A stretch of DNA of 63,639 bases, taken from contig JAUCBJ010003479.1 of assembly GCA_032718475.1 (NCBI GenBank), positions 1 to 63,639 on the forward strand, given 5' to 3'. A program made the translations under genes and the position numbers. Shown here piece by piece: positions 35,604-49,670 of this stretch; the first letter of the stretch is position 1; each line of letters begins with the position of its first letter. The notes beneath the pieces are model-generated. The model made no database searches. It was not told the DNA's origin and saw only the letters and a program-made list of their open reading frames with translations. This stretch comes from Nemertoderma westbladi (Eukaryota; Animalia; Xenacoelomorpha).

Positions 35604-38322
35604 CGTCACCTTCAAGGCAGAACCCCCTAAGTCGATTTTTGTAGTTCTGAGATAATCGATAAAAACTGTTTATTTTTTAAAGAGATGCCTCAGTTTACTT
35701 GTTATTGTGTTTTTTGATAACTAAATATATATAGAATTCATATAACTAAACTTTCAATTTGATTTAGAATAACCTTTGAAATATATTGCGGTTTTTATGT
35801 AAAAATTCGGACTTATGGTGTTTTGCCAAAACAAGGGGGAACACCATTTTCTGGTATTATCCCGTAACTATACGATAGTTGCGGGGTATTGCCTAGAAAA
35901 CAAGGTATCCTCAATTTGGTAAAACACCATAAGTCCGAATTTTTACAAAAAACACGCAAAATATATCAAATAATAGCCAAGGCGTATCGTACGTCCTTAA
36001 TTATTTAGTGCGTAGTGCGCACGTAATACATGTGCGCATTTGTTATTAGCTAATACGTGCTATCTAACATGTTAACTAGCACATGATCAGGTGTTAGTAT
36101 TACCTGTAAACGCAATAATAACAAATAATCACATACAATATAGCTAACATACACGCACATGTTGGAAATTGTTGAATTCAAAATTCTAAAGGGCTCCATA
36201 AGTTTTTGATATTTTGGTATTAATTGCTTCTAAAATAAGTACGGGACTGTAGTTAGAATCATGTATCAATACAAATTGAACAAAATGTAGCCAAATGCAG
36301 AACTATAAGAAGAAAATTTAGATTCAAGAAAGCGGAACTCTAAGTACAAAATATAGCCATGGGTGGTACTCTACAGTAAGAACAAAGTCTAGCTACAGGG
36401 TTACAGCTACGTTAAAGTAAAGTTCACTTACATTACGTCATGACGAATAATTAAAGACCTGTTTTTTCTACAGTACGTGGCAACATTCTGAGCAACTCTA
36501 TCAGCAACTTAGTAAGCATTTCAGGTTGCCGATCAAGTTGCTCTATGTAAACGCGAACTTTGTTGCTGTTAAAGATGCCTCATATAACGGAGACTAAAAG
36601 TTAATGTTGCTCAAATTAAGTTGCTAGTTGCTGACCAAATTGTCCAAAACGTCCGGCAACCTAGAGTAACTTATAGCAACTTGGACAAAAACAAAATGAG
36701 GGATAGATATTTATCAGCGCCACAAACATTAAATGAGGGATAGATATTTATCAGCGCCACAAACATTAATGTGGGACAAACATTAATCAGGGTGACAAAC
36801 ATTAATGTGGGACATAAACATTGATGTAGGACACAAACATTAATGAGGGACACAAACATTAATGAGGGACACAAATATTAATGAGGGACACAAACATTAA
36901 TGAGGGATACAACATTAATGAGGGACACAAACATTAATTGAGGGACACTAACATTAATGAGGTACACAAATATTAATGAGGGACACAAACATTAATGAGC
37001 GACACAAACATTAATGAGGGACACAAACAATAAACGAGGGACAGATATCAATCAAGGGCACAAACATTAATGAGGGATACAAACATTAATGAGGGACACA
37101 AACATTAATGAGGGACGCAAAATTTAATGAGGTACACAAACATTAATGAGGGACACAAACATTAATGAGGGACACAAACAATAAACGAGGGACAGATATC
37201 AATCAAGGCCACAAACATTAATGAGGGATACAAACATTAATGAGGGACACAAACATTAATGAGGGACGCAAACATTAATGAGGTACACAAACATTAATGA
37301 GGGACACAAACATTAATGAGGTACACAAACATTAATGAGGGACACAAACATTAATGAGGGACACAAACATTAATGAGGGGCACAAACATTAATGAGGGAC
37401 ACAAACATTAATGAGGGTCACAAACATTAATGAGGGACACAAACATTAATGAGGGACACAAACATTAATGAAATACACAAACATTAATGAGGGACACAAA
37501 CAATAAACGAGGGACAGATATCAATCAAGGGCACAAACATTAATCATGGGCACTATCGCCCTTCGCACTTAGTATGATTCATGTTACCACCCATATACAT
37601 ACAATATATTACAGTATTACAATTCTCATTACTGTCAAGCAATAAAATAACAACAATAAATAATAACATATTAATCTGACCAAACCAATAAACTATGTTA
37701 TTGCCAATTGAAGGAAAGGATCAGGTTACAGAGATGTTTTTTCTAACCAAAACAATAAACGATGTTGTTAGTAAAAAGGGAAGGAGTAGGAGTAAAAAAA
37801 TGATGAACATGAGGGGGAGATAGGAATCGGGGAGGGGGGGGGGGGGGGGGTAACATGAATGGTGGTGGTAGGAGGTAAATTGAAAATATGGGGGTATACC
37901 AGCCGGGGTGTGGGTGGGGGGGGGGGGGGTCAATAATGTTTGTGTCCCTCATTAATATTTGTGTCCTGGCCGCAATACAAACCAGTATATAAATGATAAA
38001 TTACGGGGTTTTGCCAGGCTATTGTTTCTGATTTACGGGGTTTTACATGTTGTTATTTCTAATTTAAGGGGTTTTGCCAGGTGGACTGAATTTCATATAC
38101 TTGAATTTACGGTGTTTTGCAAGCCAATTATAGACTTGGGGGGTTCTGCCTCGAAGTGGGCATAAGTTACGGGGAACTGTCTTTGGCTTATAACTCAAAA
38201 ATGGCTGGTAGAAAAGCTTCGGGGTTCTGCCAGACGAAAAAGCCGATATCGAATTACCCAAAAAGTCAAAAACATGAAAATCGAAAAAAATCGACTTAGG
38301 GGGTTCTGCCTTGAAGGTGACG
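35604..38322. mobile_element. Non-autonomous DNA transposon with 37-bp perfect TIRs and a 4-bp TSD (ACTC)
   Basis: CGTCACCTTCAAGGCAGAACCCCCTAAGTCGATTTTT at 35604-35640 and its reverse complement at 38286-38322. ACTC lies at 35600-35603 and 38323-38326. Subterminal GGGGTTTTGCC/GGGGTTCTGCC repeats; no transposase. Confidence 0.88.
36695..37548. repeat. 19-bp minisatellite inside the TIR element
   Basis: Unit GACACAAACATTAATGAGG, ~40 copies, with an inverted short copy at ~37933-37966. Confidence 0.95.
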
Positions 38323-38610
38323 ACTCGGTATATACACTATACAGTACGTAATACCGAAACAAGCTATACAGGCCCATATGGGCTGTAGACCTTCGTGAGA
38401 TTACACACAGGTTACTGTACAAACGATATCTCTATCTCTAGAAGAAGTAAAAGTGTAGTTCAATAGAGTTAATTATTGGTATATTGGTTTTAGGTTGACG
38501 AAGTGCATAATAGGGATTAATCACGTAACATAGACGTAGAGATATTATTGCTATAAATTCTTACTGCTGCGATCTATATTGACTATATGACCACACCCTT
38601 GATACTAGTT

Positions 38611-38949
38611 CTACCCTTTGTTATAGTAGTTTGTTTATGCCAATTGGAGGTTTTTATGATGTGAAGGATATATACTGTACCTCTACTTAAAGTAACATGC
38701 ATGGTTGCCTTTATGAGAGCACAATAATGAATGCCTAAATCCAACAATTAATTAAAATGTTGGCACAAACTTATTAACGCAAAAAATAATTGTTGAAATA
38801 GTCCGCCCCAGGGCTTATTGGAACGTGAGGGGAACACGTCCCATAGGATAGGAGGGCCGTTGCATACACATCAAAAGGTTGATGATTAATGTACTGTATT
38901 AATAATAATAATGAATACTTAACTCTAACAATCAAATTATAATGTTGGC
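38611..38949 (+). repeat. ~330-bp direct duplicate of 48973-49294
   Basis: Long identical runs, e.g. GATGTGAAGGATATATACTGTACCTCTACTTAAAGTAACATGCATGGTTGCC...GTCCGCCCCAGGGCTTATTGGAACGTGAGGGGAACACGTCCCA. Confidence 0.93.
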
Positions 38950-39637
38950 TACAGGGGCAGTTCTAGGATATTTTTGGAGCAAACTATTTAACTCACTGAG
39001 GACAATTTTTTGGACTTGTAATGGCTCCACGTAAGCAATGGAGTCCAATCTTGACACGTTTATAAACGCCAGCTTTGAATCGTTAAAAAACAATATTCCC
39101 AACAACAACTTTGTCTAAACCCGTCTACTCTAAACTTTAAAATGATTATGTTTATAATATAAATAATAATATATTTATTGATGTTTATACTGTATCTAAT
39201 TATTTAGTTAATGGAAGGCAATGCCGTCAGCTGGTGGTAACCAGTATCATCGATCCAAAGGTGCGGAGAAAGGGACACGACTTGTGTGGCACTCCTTCCC
39301 ATTAATTTGTAATGATATCGTTTATTGTTTTGGTTAGTAAAGCCCATGTTTAATTTTAAGAGCCAATAAACATACTTTAGTATTTTTAGCCGCACAAACT
39401 TTCATAACATATGTGTGGTAGTGGAAAATATTAAAGTAATTAAATGTCAGACTGAGTTTAATTTAACTTAAATGCAATGGGCCATTATTTGTATTTTTAA
39501 CCCTGTCGAAAATTATTAATTCAGACTATTTTAATTGCAAAATTATATTATATTAAGAAATTTACTGCTGACCGCACAACATGCCGTAAACCCAAGCCAC
39601 TGAACTTACCAATATAGATATTTCCAGTAGGCCTATA

Positions 39638-40272
39638 TGAGGCGCCGTTAACGCCAAAAGGTCAGCAATAATATTAAAGGTTTTAAAAAGAATATTAGAG
39701 AATTTCAAAACATATTTTCGGCCGAAATTTCGGCCGAAATATTTTATTACATTTTTTCAGCTCTTTCATTTGATGTCATTTTCGGCCGAAATTTCGGCCG
39801 AAATATTTTGTTACATTTTCTTCAGCTCTTTCATTTGATGTCATTTTCGGCCGAAATCTCGACCGAAATTTCGGCCGAAAATGTCATCAAATGGAAGAGC
39901 TGAAAATGTAATAAAATATTTCGGTCGAGATTTCGGCCGAAATTTCGGCCGAAAATGACATCAAATTGAAGAGCTGAAAAAATGTAATAATATATTTCGG
40001 CCGAAAATTCAGTCGAAATTTCGGCCGAAAATGACATCAAATGAAAGAGCTGAAAAAATGTAATAAAATATTTCGGCCGAAATTTCGGTCGAAATTTCGG
40101 CCGAAAATTCGATCGAAATTTCGGCCGAAAATGACATCAAATGAAAGAGCTGAAAAAATGTAACAAAATATTTCGGCCGAAATTTCGGCCGAAAATATGT
40201 TTTGAAATTCTCTAGTATTCTTTTTAAAACCTTTAATATTATTGCTGACCTTTTGGCGTTAACGGCGCCTCA
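39638..40272. mobile_element. Foldback-type MITE, almost fully palindromic, flanked by TA
   Basis: TGAGGCGCCGTTAACGCCAAAAGGTCAGC... and its reverse complement at the right end; internal TTTCGGCCGAAA repeats. Confidence 0.88.
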
Positions 40273-41120
40273 TAGGCCTATTGTAAAAAGGTACTGCAAG
40301 CTTCTACTGGGCCGATGCGAACTACCTTCGATTTAGTTGTTACAGTTTGTGGAATGTGTGGGGTGCAGTAGCCCGGTAGGCAGTTCGTCCTTTCTTATAT
40401 GAAATGCGAGAGCCGAGAGGAGTGGGGTGGAGGAGGGTGTGATGTGTTTCTTTATTTTCCCTTAACCTTTATTATTTCCTTTATAATTTCTTTATTTTCC
40501 CGTAGCCCGCCATGAAGCGCCACCATGATGGAAACATAAAAAAGTAACAGTTAGATATACTGGTAGTGCAGATTTTATTTCATTTAATTACGGATTACAA
40601 TAGGGCAATACAGCAGTAAAAATAATATGGCGATAAAATAATATTAATAAAATTCCCGCCCGGCCGAGACCAAAGACAGATTACTACCTCCACGAAATCG
40701 CCCTCTTTTAACCCCCCCTGACCCCTGAACCCAATATTAATCATACCGTATGTGTGAATTAAGTATAAAGAAAAGAAAATACCATCCTCTCAAAAACTTG
40801 CTACATCTAACAACGGCACCGACTGACAAAAACGCCCCACTCCTAATTCTGCACTGAATGAATGACAGGTAGGCCAAGTTACATACAGTATAACAATAGC
40901 GACAAGCTAAAAATGACCAGCAGTACCCAATGATAAATGTAGGGCCCACAAACAAACCTACAACCCAATCAATGTCGTCACAACCAATATAGGAGCCACA
41001 CCAACAAACTCAATATAGAACAAGCCCTAGTTAACTAATGAATGAATCAGAACTTCAGATTATGGGCCAATAAACAACACACGGAATACATAGAAAAGAC
41101 GTAAATAAAGTGCAGGCAGA

Positions 41121-42192
41121 AATAATACATCAAATAAACATACTGCATAAGATAAATTACAAGCCAAAAATAATACATCAAATAAACAACTTACTGCATA
41201 AGATAAATTACAAGCCAAAAATAATACAACAAATAAACATACTGACATAAGATAAATTACAAGCCAAAATAATATATCAAATAAACATACTGCATAAGAT
41301 AAATTACAAGCCAAAAATAATACATCAAATAAACATACTGCATAAGATAAATTACAAGCCAAAAATAATACATCAAATAAACATACTGCATAAGATAAAT
41401 TACAAGCCAAAATAATACATCAAATAAACATACTGCCTAAGATAATTTACAAGCCAAAAATAATACATCAAATAAACATACTGCATAAGATAAATTACAA
41501 GCCAAAAATAATACATCAAATAAACATACTGCATAAGATAAATTACAAACCTAAAATAATACATCAAATAAACATACTGCATAAGATAATTTACAAGCCA
41601 AAAATAATACATCAAATAAACATACTGACATAAGATAAATTACAAGCCAAAATAATATATCAAATAAACATACTGACATAAGATAAATTACAAGCCAAAA
41701 TAATATATCAAATAAACATACTGCATAAGATAAATTACAAGCCAAAAATAATACATCAAATAAACATACTGCATAAGATAAATTACAAGCCAAAAATAAT
41801 ACATCAAATAAACATACTGCATAAGATAAATTACAAGCCAAAATAATACATCAAATAAACATACTGCCTAAGATAATTTACAAGCCAAAAATAATACATC
41901 AAATAAACATACTGCATAAGATAAATTACAAGCCAAAAATAATACATCAAATAAACATACTGCATAAGATAAATTACAAGCCAAAATAATACATCAAATA
42001 AACATACTGCCTAAGATAATTTACAAGCCAAAAATAATACATCAAATAAACATACTGCATAAGATAAATTACAAGCCAAAAATAATACATCAAATAAACA
42101 TACTGCATAAGATAAATTACAAACCTAAAATAATACATCAAATAAACATACTGCATAAGATAATTTACAAGCCAAAAATAATACATCAAATA
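41121..42192. repeat. 48-bp minisatellite (~22 copies)
   Basis: Unit AATAATACATCAAATAAACATACTGCATAAGATAAATTACAAGCCAAA. Confidence 0.96.
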
Positions 42193-42681
42193 ATAGATTA
42201 TAGTATGAACATCAGATCGAGAATTAACTTCCCTACAGAGTCTGCGTCTGGCGGCGGCCGTCCGTCTTAACAGTGACCATACCATGGACCAATCGCAGGT
42301 GACATCAACCTTGACGCTTGACACGTCCACACCTTCACATGTGCAATGTGGGCAGTGCTGAAAGGCTATGCAACCAATACAGAATCAAACTATGTTTGTA
42401 CAGTATGTTGGATTGTGTGACCGTGTCTATTTCGGTATATTCTATCCCAAGGTTGCCAGGCAGTTGGTTTCACCCGGGTCTGGGCAGCATGCATCCGCCT
42501 CAGTGAGTTATCATAATGCCGTCGTAATAATCGTTAAGATTGTTATCGTTGTCGTAAAGATTGAAACTTGTCGAAGCTAAAATATAAAACGTGAAATAAA
42601 ATAAAAGAAAAGGGACGTGTTGAGGAAGTGATTTATAGATTCGAAATAGTATGTACATCGGATATTATTTATTTCAATAAA

Positions 42682-44500
42682 TTAGAAAAGACAAATTTTT
42701 TTTAATGCGAGTGAGAAACTATTTTTGGATTTTTTGGAACGGATGTCGAGTGGCAACGAGTTCCAAACGACTGGACCTCGAAAACTCACGGATCGTTGGG
42801 AATAACTAAGGTGAAAAAGGGGAAGAGTGAAATCAACACGTACAGAAGAACGAGTATGGTAGTTGTGAGTAGCCGATCGTTTGGTGAAAAGTTTACCTAG
42901 AGAGGAAGAAGGGCTTATTGTTTCTTTGTTAATATCATACATGAAGGTTGCAACGGTATCTGTTTGTTTAAGAACATTTAAAGGGAAAACATGGCGCAGT
43001 TTGTAAAAAATTTCGGAAGATTTGGATATTTTCTTAGTAATGTACAGTAATTAATGTGGGTTTTCCAGTTTAATTTTGAATCGACCCATATTCCGAGTAA
43101 TGTTGTACTATCGGTTAAATTAATGAGAGTGTTATTGATTTTTATTTGCGGTATGGTACTATCGCCGTTCATTGGTGCTGTTTGTGAATAGGGTATATTC
43201 AATTTTTTTTAGATTCAGCAGACGTTAACCAGTTATATAAATTTGAAAGTTCATGGTTTGAGCTGTTGAGTAAAATGTTGATATCAGGATGTGAATTTAA
43301 AACAGTGTTGTATCATCAACAAAAAGTGTAGTGAGTAAGTTGGTAACATTGGGTAGGTCGTTGATGAAAATGAGGAAGAGAGTCGGGGACAAAACCGAGC
43401 CTTGAGGTACGCCGTAACATAGTGGAAGGAGGGAACAGTGGATACCCTCAACTGAAACGAATTGGTTACGATTGGCTAAAAAGCTTGCAAAAAGTTTTAG
43501 GGGTGTGCCTCGGACACCATAGGCCTCAATTTTCCTAATTAGAATCTTGTAGGCAATGGTGTCGAAAGCTTTTTTTAAATTTATGTAAACAGCACAAGTC
43601 GAATGGTGGAAGTCAAACATAGCGTGAATCTGTTCAGTATTAGTGAGTAGAGCATGGGAAGTAGAAATTTTCGGACAGCATAAAGTTCTGTGATGTAGTG
43701 AGAATATTGTATTTGGTTAGGTAAGGCCTTAATTAATTGATAATTGAGTATCTGTTCTAGAATTTTACTGAGGAAAGGGAGCAGGGAAATGGAGCGGTAA
43801 TTATTGGGATCGTTTGGGTCATCAGACTTGTAAATTGGGATGACTTTTGCAGTTTTAAGAGAGTCTGGAAAAAAGCCACTTGAAATAGATACATTAAATA
43901 AGTAGCACAAATGATGAGAAAGCGGTTCAGCGGCCAGTTTGATAAGTGAAGGAGGGAATGGATCGTTGGAGCTGCTATTTGGTTTGAGTTGAAGAATTTT
44001 ATATTGCACTTCGACTGGAGATGTTTCGGATAGAGAAAGAGAATTGGGGCGAGTGTGGGATATGTGGCGGAGTGGAGAAGATCTAGGTCCTGATGGTAGA
44101 GTACTTTGTAATTTGGGTCCAATAGTAGCAAAATTTTGATTGAATGTTTCGGCAATTTCTTTTGGATCGGAAATAATTTGAGATTGGGCATTAGTTTTAA
44201 TTATCAGTTTTTTTGGGGGATAATTTCTCAGAAGTTTTATGAAGTATTGAGTTAATAACAGTCCATGTTTTGCGAATATAGTTGGAATTACATTCGAATT
44301 GATTAGAATAATAACTTTTTTCAGCTGTCCTAAGAATAGATGTTAAGCGATTGCGATAAGAATTGAACAACAAGCGATCAGTTTCAGTTCTTGTTTTTAC
44401 GTATCTATGGTACAATTTTTCTTTAGTGCGTTTTGCTTTGAGCAAGTTATCAGTTATCCATGGATTGTTCGGGCGAGTTTTATGTGTGTAAGTTTTCGAG
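42682..44500 (-). mobile_element. Degenerate CR1-group (Crack/Daphne/L2-like) LINE ORF2 fragment
   Basis: Motifs LKTAKVIPIYK, NYRSISLLPFLSKILE, LKKAFDT, GVPQGSVLSPTLFLIFINDLP, LFVDDT and HNYHTR, spread over several frames. Confidence 0.9.
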
Positions 44501-45244
44501 GGTAGGTGGGTCTATAAAACTTACAAAAATTTGCGGGCCCCTTTCCTGGCCGGGCCCTGACGCCTTGTAAGCCTAGGCCCTAAGGCGGTCCTGCATTCAT
44601 ATTGGGATCCCCAATCCTGGAGTGATCACTCGAAACATTGAATCCTTCACTATCATTGAAAGAAGGCGATTCACTTTCCTGTAAACGGTCTGTGAGATAT
44701 CGACGTAACTCTGACAACAATTGCCTTCTTCGATCCTGATAAAACATTGGACATTCCAAAAATGGGCCTATTCAAATAATCGTTATACATATGTTTTATA
44801 CATGGGTTATACATAATTATACAATACAGTTTGTTGTACATGTATGTTAAGCAGTCACAGCCACAGACACATCTTGCAGACACATGAAATACCAAAGTGC
44901 ACGTCAAAAAACTGGTACTACAGTATAATATTATATTTTTATCATAGATATTATCTATAAATAAGCTCGTAACTACAGTGATGTTCTTCATGAAGTTGGG
45001 AGGTTGTACAGTAGTAAGTGCACGTACATGGTTTCTGCACCAGATGTATGAACCGTTGTCTGCGTAATGTTTACATCCGTTTGGTTTCACTTTACTTTTA
45101 CTACCCCAAATAATCATGGGACAAGACAAGAACACTGAAATATTGTCCTAAGTGGTAAGTTATGTCGGTACAGAAATTCACGACAATTTAGTAACGGATG
45201 TAGTAGAAACCAATGAGCAATCAGATCTATTTTTAGTAACACCA

Positions 45245-45465
45245 AAACATATTAATTCCTTTTTTGAATGCTAAAACATATTAATTTATTTTTTCGACGC
45301 TAAAACGTATTAATTATTATTTTCGATGTTAAAACATATTAATTATTATTTTCGATGTTAAAACATATTAATTATTATTTTCGATGTTAATTATATTAAT
45401 TATTATTTTCGATGTTAAAACATATTAATTCCCTTTTTCGATGCTAAAACATATTAATTTTATTT
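45245..45465. repeat. ~29-bp AT-rich minisatellite
   Basis: AAAACATATTAATTATTATTTTCGATGTT, ~7 copies. Confidence 0.88.
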
Positions 45466-45574
45466 TTGAATATAATAATTTCAATAACACAATTTTAAAT
45501 CACAAAAAAATTAATTGGCCACAAATCACCAGGGCGTAGTATTCGGTAACGAAGCTATACTGTAGGCCTACATG

Positions 45575-45772
45575 TATATTGAACACATCCAGTGCAGCGT
45601 CGCCTAACAAGTTCAACAAAACAGCTTTCCGTATGGGTGCATCGTCAGTATTAAACCCAGAAGCTATGAAGTAAATTTCAACCTTCTGTCGCCACATCTC
45701 AAACTCCTTTGCTTTATCCACGGCCGAAATATTCAGGGCGGGGAGAATATTTAATGAGCGCTTTGTCGCCAT
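45575..45772 (-). pseudogene. gag: Gypsy (Mag-like) gag N-terminal fragment
   Basis: EFEMWRQKVEIYFIASG...RKAVLLNLLGDAALDVFN matches the W...Y..ASG...K.A.LL..LG..A.DVF pattern of Mag-clade gag. Confidence 0.7.
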
Positions 45773-45804
45773 TCAGTAATCAAATCGGTAGGTGCTAAAA
45801 TGCA

Positions 45805-46788
45805 CAATGAGCAACAATGAGCAACAATGAGCAACAACGAGCAACAATGAGCAACAACGAGTAACAATGAGCAACAACGAGCAATAATGAGCAACAACGA
45901 GCAACAATGAGCAACAACGAGTAACAATGAGCAACAACGAGCAATAATAAAGTAAACAACGAGTAACAATGAGTAACAATGAGCAACAACGAGCAATAAT
46001 GAGCAACAACGAGCAACAAGGAGCAACAACGAGTAACAATGAGCAACAACGAGCAATAATAAAGTAAACAACGAGTAACAATGAGTAACAATGAGCAACA
46101 ACGAGCAATAATGAGCAACAACGAGCAACAATGAGCAACAACGAGTAACAATGAGCAACAACGAGCAATAATAAAGTAAACAACGAGTAACAATGAGTAA
46201 CAATGAGCAACAACGATCAACAACGACCAATAATGAGGAACAACGAGCAACAATGGGCAAGTACGAGCAACAACGAGCAACAATGAGCAATTACGAGCAA
46301 CAATCAGCAACAACGAGCAAGAATGAGCAACAACGACCAACAATGAGTAACAATGAGCAACAACGATCAACAATGAGCAACAATAAGCAACAATGCGGAA
46401 CAACGAACAACAACGAGCAACAACGATCAACAACGACCAATAATGAGGAACAACGAGCAACAATGGGCAAGTACGAGCAACAACGAGCAACAATGAGCAA
46501 TTACGAGCAACAATCAGCAACAACGAGCAAGAATGAGCAACAACGACCAACAATGAGGAACAACGAGCAACAATTAACAACAACGAGCAATAATAAAGTA
46601 CAACAACGAGCAACAATGAGCAACAACGAGCACCAATGTGCAACATAATGAGCAACAACGAGCACCAATGTGTGCAACAACGAGCAACAATGAACAATAA
46701 CGAGCAACAATGAGCAATAACGAGCAATAATAAAGTACAACAACGAGCAATAACGAGCAATAATAAAGTACAACAACGAGCAACAATG
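45805..46788. repeat. ~10-bp-based simple satellite (GAGCAACAAT / GAGCAACAAC)
   Basis: Directly visible. It produces the spurious Leu/Val/Cys-rich ORFs in the track. Confidence 0.95.
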
Positions 46789-46840
46789 ATACTTATGCAG
46801 TATAATGTATCCCAGTAACCCCGAAGATATATGTAGGATA

Positions 46841-48098
46841 CTAGAAAGCCTGTGGCCCTTCGGGCCACAGCTTTCTAGTGCACGTGCAGAGGATATATGA
46901 ATATGTGTGGAGAAATGTGTCGCAGATTGGAGAACTACAACAAAACAGACACCATCATAAAATAAAACACCACACCATAGGAGATAACTGTCTAGTTTCA
47001 ACTTTAGCTTCGGCTTATTCTTATTGTAAATAACCTAATTTCGAGAAAATGATCACTTTCGGAAAATTTACCCTCTACCTGCAGACTGCGTGAAATGCAG
47101 ATGGCGCTGCAGTTCTGTAAAGATGGAGTTTATGGTAAAGTGAAGTAAGATGCCTGCTTGTCAGTTTTCAGCTTAAACAGATGTAAATAACAAAATTTCG
47201 AGAAAAAGTTCACTTTGAGACATTTCGCCCTCTAGCTGAAGACTGGGGAACTATAGACGACTCAGCGACTCCGGAAAGATTGAGCCTATGCTGTAGTAGA
47301 TACCTACCAAGGTTCAGCTGAAAAGGATTAAAAACAACCAAATGAGATCAGGTTTCACTACCAGACAATTTGCCCTCTAGCGGTAGACGGGGGATCTGTA
47401 GACGACTCTTAAGACTCCATAAAGTTACAGCCTATGCTGTAATAGATGCCTACCAAGTTTCAGTCTAAACGGATAGTAAATAACAAAGTTGGAGAAGATG
47501 TTCACTTTCAGACATTTCGCCCTCTAGCTGAAGGCTGGGGAATTATAGACGACTCAGCGACTCCGTAAAGATTGAGCCTATGCTGTAGTAGATACCTACC
47601 AAGTTTCAGCTGAAAAGAATTAAAAACAACGAAATGAGATCAGGTTTTCACTATCAGACAATTCGCCCTCTAGCGGCAGACAGGGGAACCGTATACGACT
47701 CTAAGACTCCAAAAAGATATAGCCTATGCTGTAATATATACCTACCAAGTACCAATCTAAACGGATTGTAAATAACGAAGTTGGAGAAGGTGGTCACTTT
47801 CAGTGATTTCACCCTCTAGCGGCAGATTGGAGAAATGCAGATTTATCTGCGTCTCTGTAAAAATGCAGCCTTTGCTAAATTAGACAAAAACCTGCAAAGT
47901 TTTATCTTAAACGGATTGTAAATAACAAAGTTAGAGAAGATTTTCACTTAAGGAAATTCACCCTCTAGCGGCAGATGGCGGAATTTCAGACGGCTCTGAA
48001 TATTACGTTGCAACGAGTTAGGGTGAGACCTTTCTAACGAGCTGTAGCAATTTACATACAAATTTACATACAAACTGAGCAGATTTATATATATGAGA
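46841..48098 (-). mobile_element. Non-autonomous Helitron with internal ~146-bp tandem repeats
   Basis: The - strand starts A|TCTCATATATATAAATCTGCTCAGTTTGTATG at 48098 and ends with hairpin CTGTGGCCCGAAGGGCCACAG, then GCTTTCTAG|T at 46841. This gives a 5' TC, a 3' CTAG and an A|T target site. Confidence 0.8.
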
Positions 48099-49477
48099 TA
48101 AATAAATTCCTAATCAAGAACTTAATAAAAAATGCTTCCATACCCGCAATGTCATAACAAGTTCCAGTTCGTTGCGTTCCTTGGAAACTGTGCCTGGAAG
48201 CACACACCCGCCAAGCCAATCGCAATCGGGAATTTAAGCGGGATGACGCGAGCGAGAAATTAAAGTTGCAATTGTTCCAATAGGTTTAGTTGAAATTGTG
48301 GCCCCTACTTGTTACATGTAATTATAAATTTTAGTTAATTTCATACTTTTCATATAATAAAACTTACAATATAATTATGTTGTGAATTACTTTGCAGTAA
48401 TTTGTTGCGGCATATTATACTATGTACTGTATTATCATGTAATCAATAATTCATCAATTTTTAATAATAGTTATTTTTAGTTAATTATGTAATTTATAAG
48501 TATAGGCCTAAGTAATATTTAATTAATCGATCATTTTTTAGTAAGTTTTTTTATGTCAAATTATTAAGCAATTATTATATTACAGTGCATATTTTTAGGA
48601 ATTGTGGCATTTTGTACAATAATAAATCAATTTGCAGTTAGTGACAATCATTAATAGTTAATTAGCAGTTTTAGTTAATTAGGTAATTATATGCAATATT
48701 ACAGTGCAATATATGCCAATCAAGATTTGTTATTTACTACTATTACGTTAATAAATAAACTTTCGAATAATTAGATTTCTGAAGAAGGGCATAGAGGAAT
48801 CAACACACTTTGAAAAGGACTGGTTTGCCATGGGCTGGGCAGGGCATACTGCTGTATCTGTACTGTAGCTGAATCAACAGACTTTTGTAAAAAGTATAAA
48901 TGGTTCGCCACGGGGGCATAGGGGAATCTACCAAAAAATTTCTTACCACTGTGCCTCAAATGTGATATTACCCTACCATTTGTTATAGTAGTTTGTTTAT
49001 TCCAATTTTTATGATGTGAAGGATATATACTGTACCTCTACTTAAAGTAACATGCATGGTTGCCTTTATGAGAGCACAATAATGAATGCCTAAATCCAAC
49101 AATTAATTAAAATGTTGGCACAAACTTATTGACGTAAAAAATAATTGTTGAAATAGTCCGCCCCAGGGCTTATTGGAACGTGAGGGGAACACGTCCCATG
49201 GGATAGGAGGGCCGCTGCATACACATCAAGAGGTTGATGGTGAGTGAGTGCATAATGGATACGTCTTCTCTAACAATCCAATTATAATGTTGGCACAAAG
49301 TTATTGACGTAAAATAATTATTACTATAGTCATTATTACAGTATTAGGCTTATTTGAACGTGAGAGGAACCCATCCAACCAATAGGCCGAGGACAACACA
49401 CCTAAATCTTAACTCAACATTCTAAATGTCATATAGTCGTCAGGTGTGCGAAAACAAAACAACTTGGTCGTTAAGGT

Positions 49478-49490
49478 GATTGGTATAAAG
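49478..49490 (+). promoter_or_regulatory. Candidate TATA box of the Ly6/uPAR-like gene
   Basis: GATTGGTATAAAG about 140 bp upstream of the ATG. Confidence 0.45.
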
Positions 49491-49627
49491 GTCGAACTTG
49501 CACTAACAAAACATACCCAACATGAAAACAATTATTACCACATTAGGGTTCATTATTTAAATTTAAATCAAACAAATTCACTTCATTAAATTTTTCCTTC
49601 AACTAACAGACGAACAAATTCACCGCA

Positions 49628-49670
49628 ATGCTTCTCCATGCTATCATCTTGATCGGCCTCATCAACAGTG
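49628..49670 (+). CDS. Ly6/uPAR (three-finger)-like gene, exon 1 (signal peptide)
   Basis: MLLHAIILIGLINS plus 1 nt, then donor GTAAGT. The phase-1 intron is compatible with exon 2. Confidence 0.8.

Noticed and set aside
39628-40280. 8-bp TSD TAGGCCTA for the foldback MITE
   Set aside because: It gives asymmetric termini, and TAGGCCTA is common throughout the window. TA flanks fit the TIR symmetry better.
41060-42330. Hydrophobic repeat ORFs
   Set aside because: Translations of the 48-bp minisatellite.
46945-46954. TGGTGTC as a Mag-type PBS for the gag fragment
   Set aside because: Only ~7 nt resemble the motif, and it lies inside the Helitron.
45751-47001. Leu/Val/Cys-rich membrane-like ORFs
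   Set aside because: Translations of the GAGCAACAA simple repeat.
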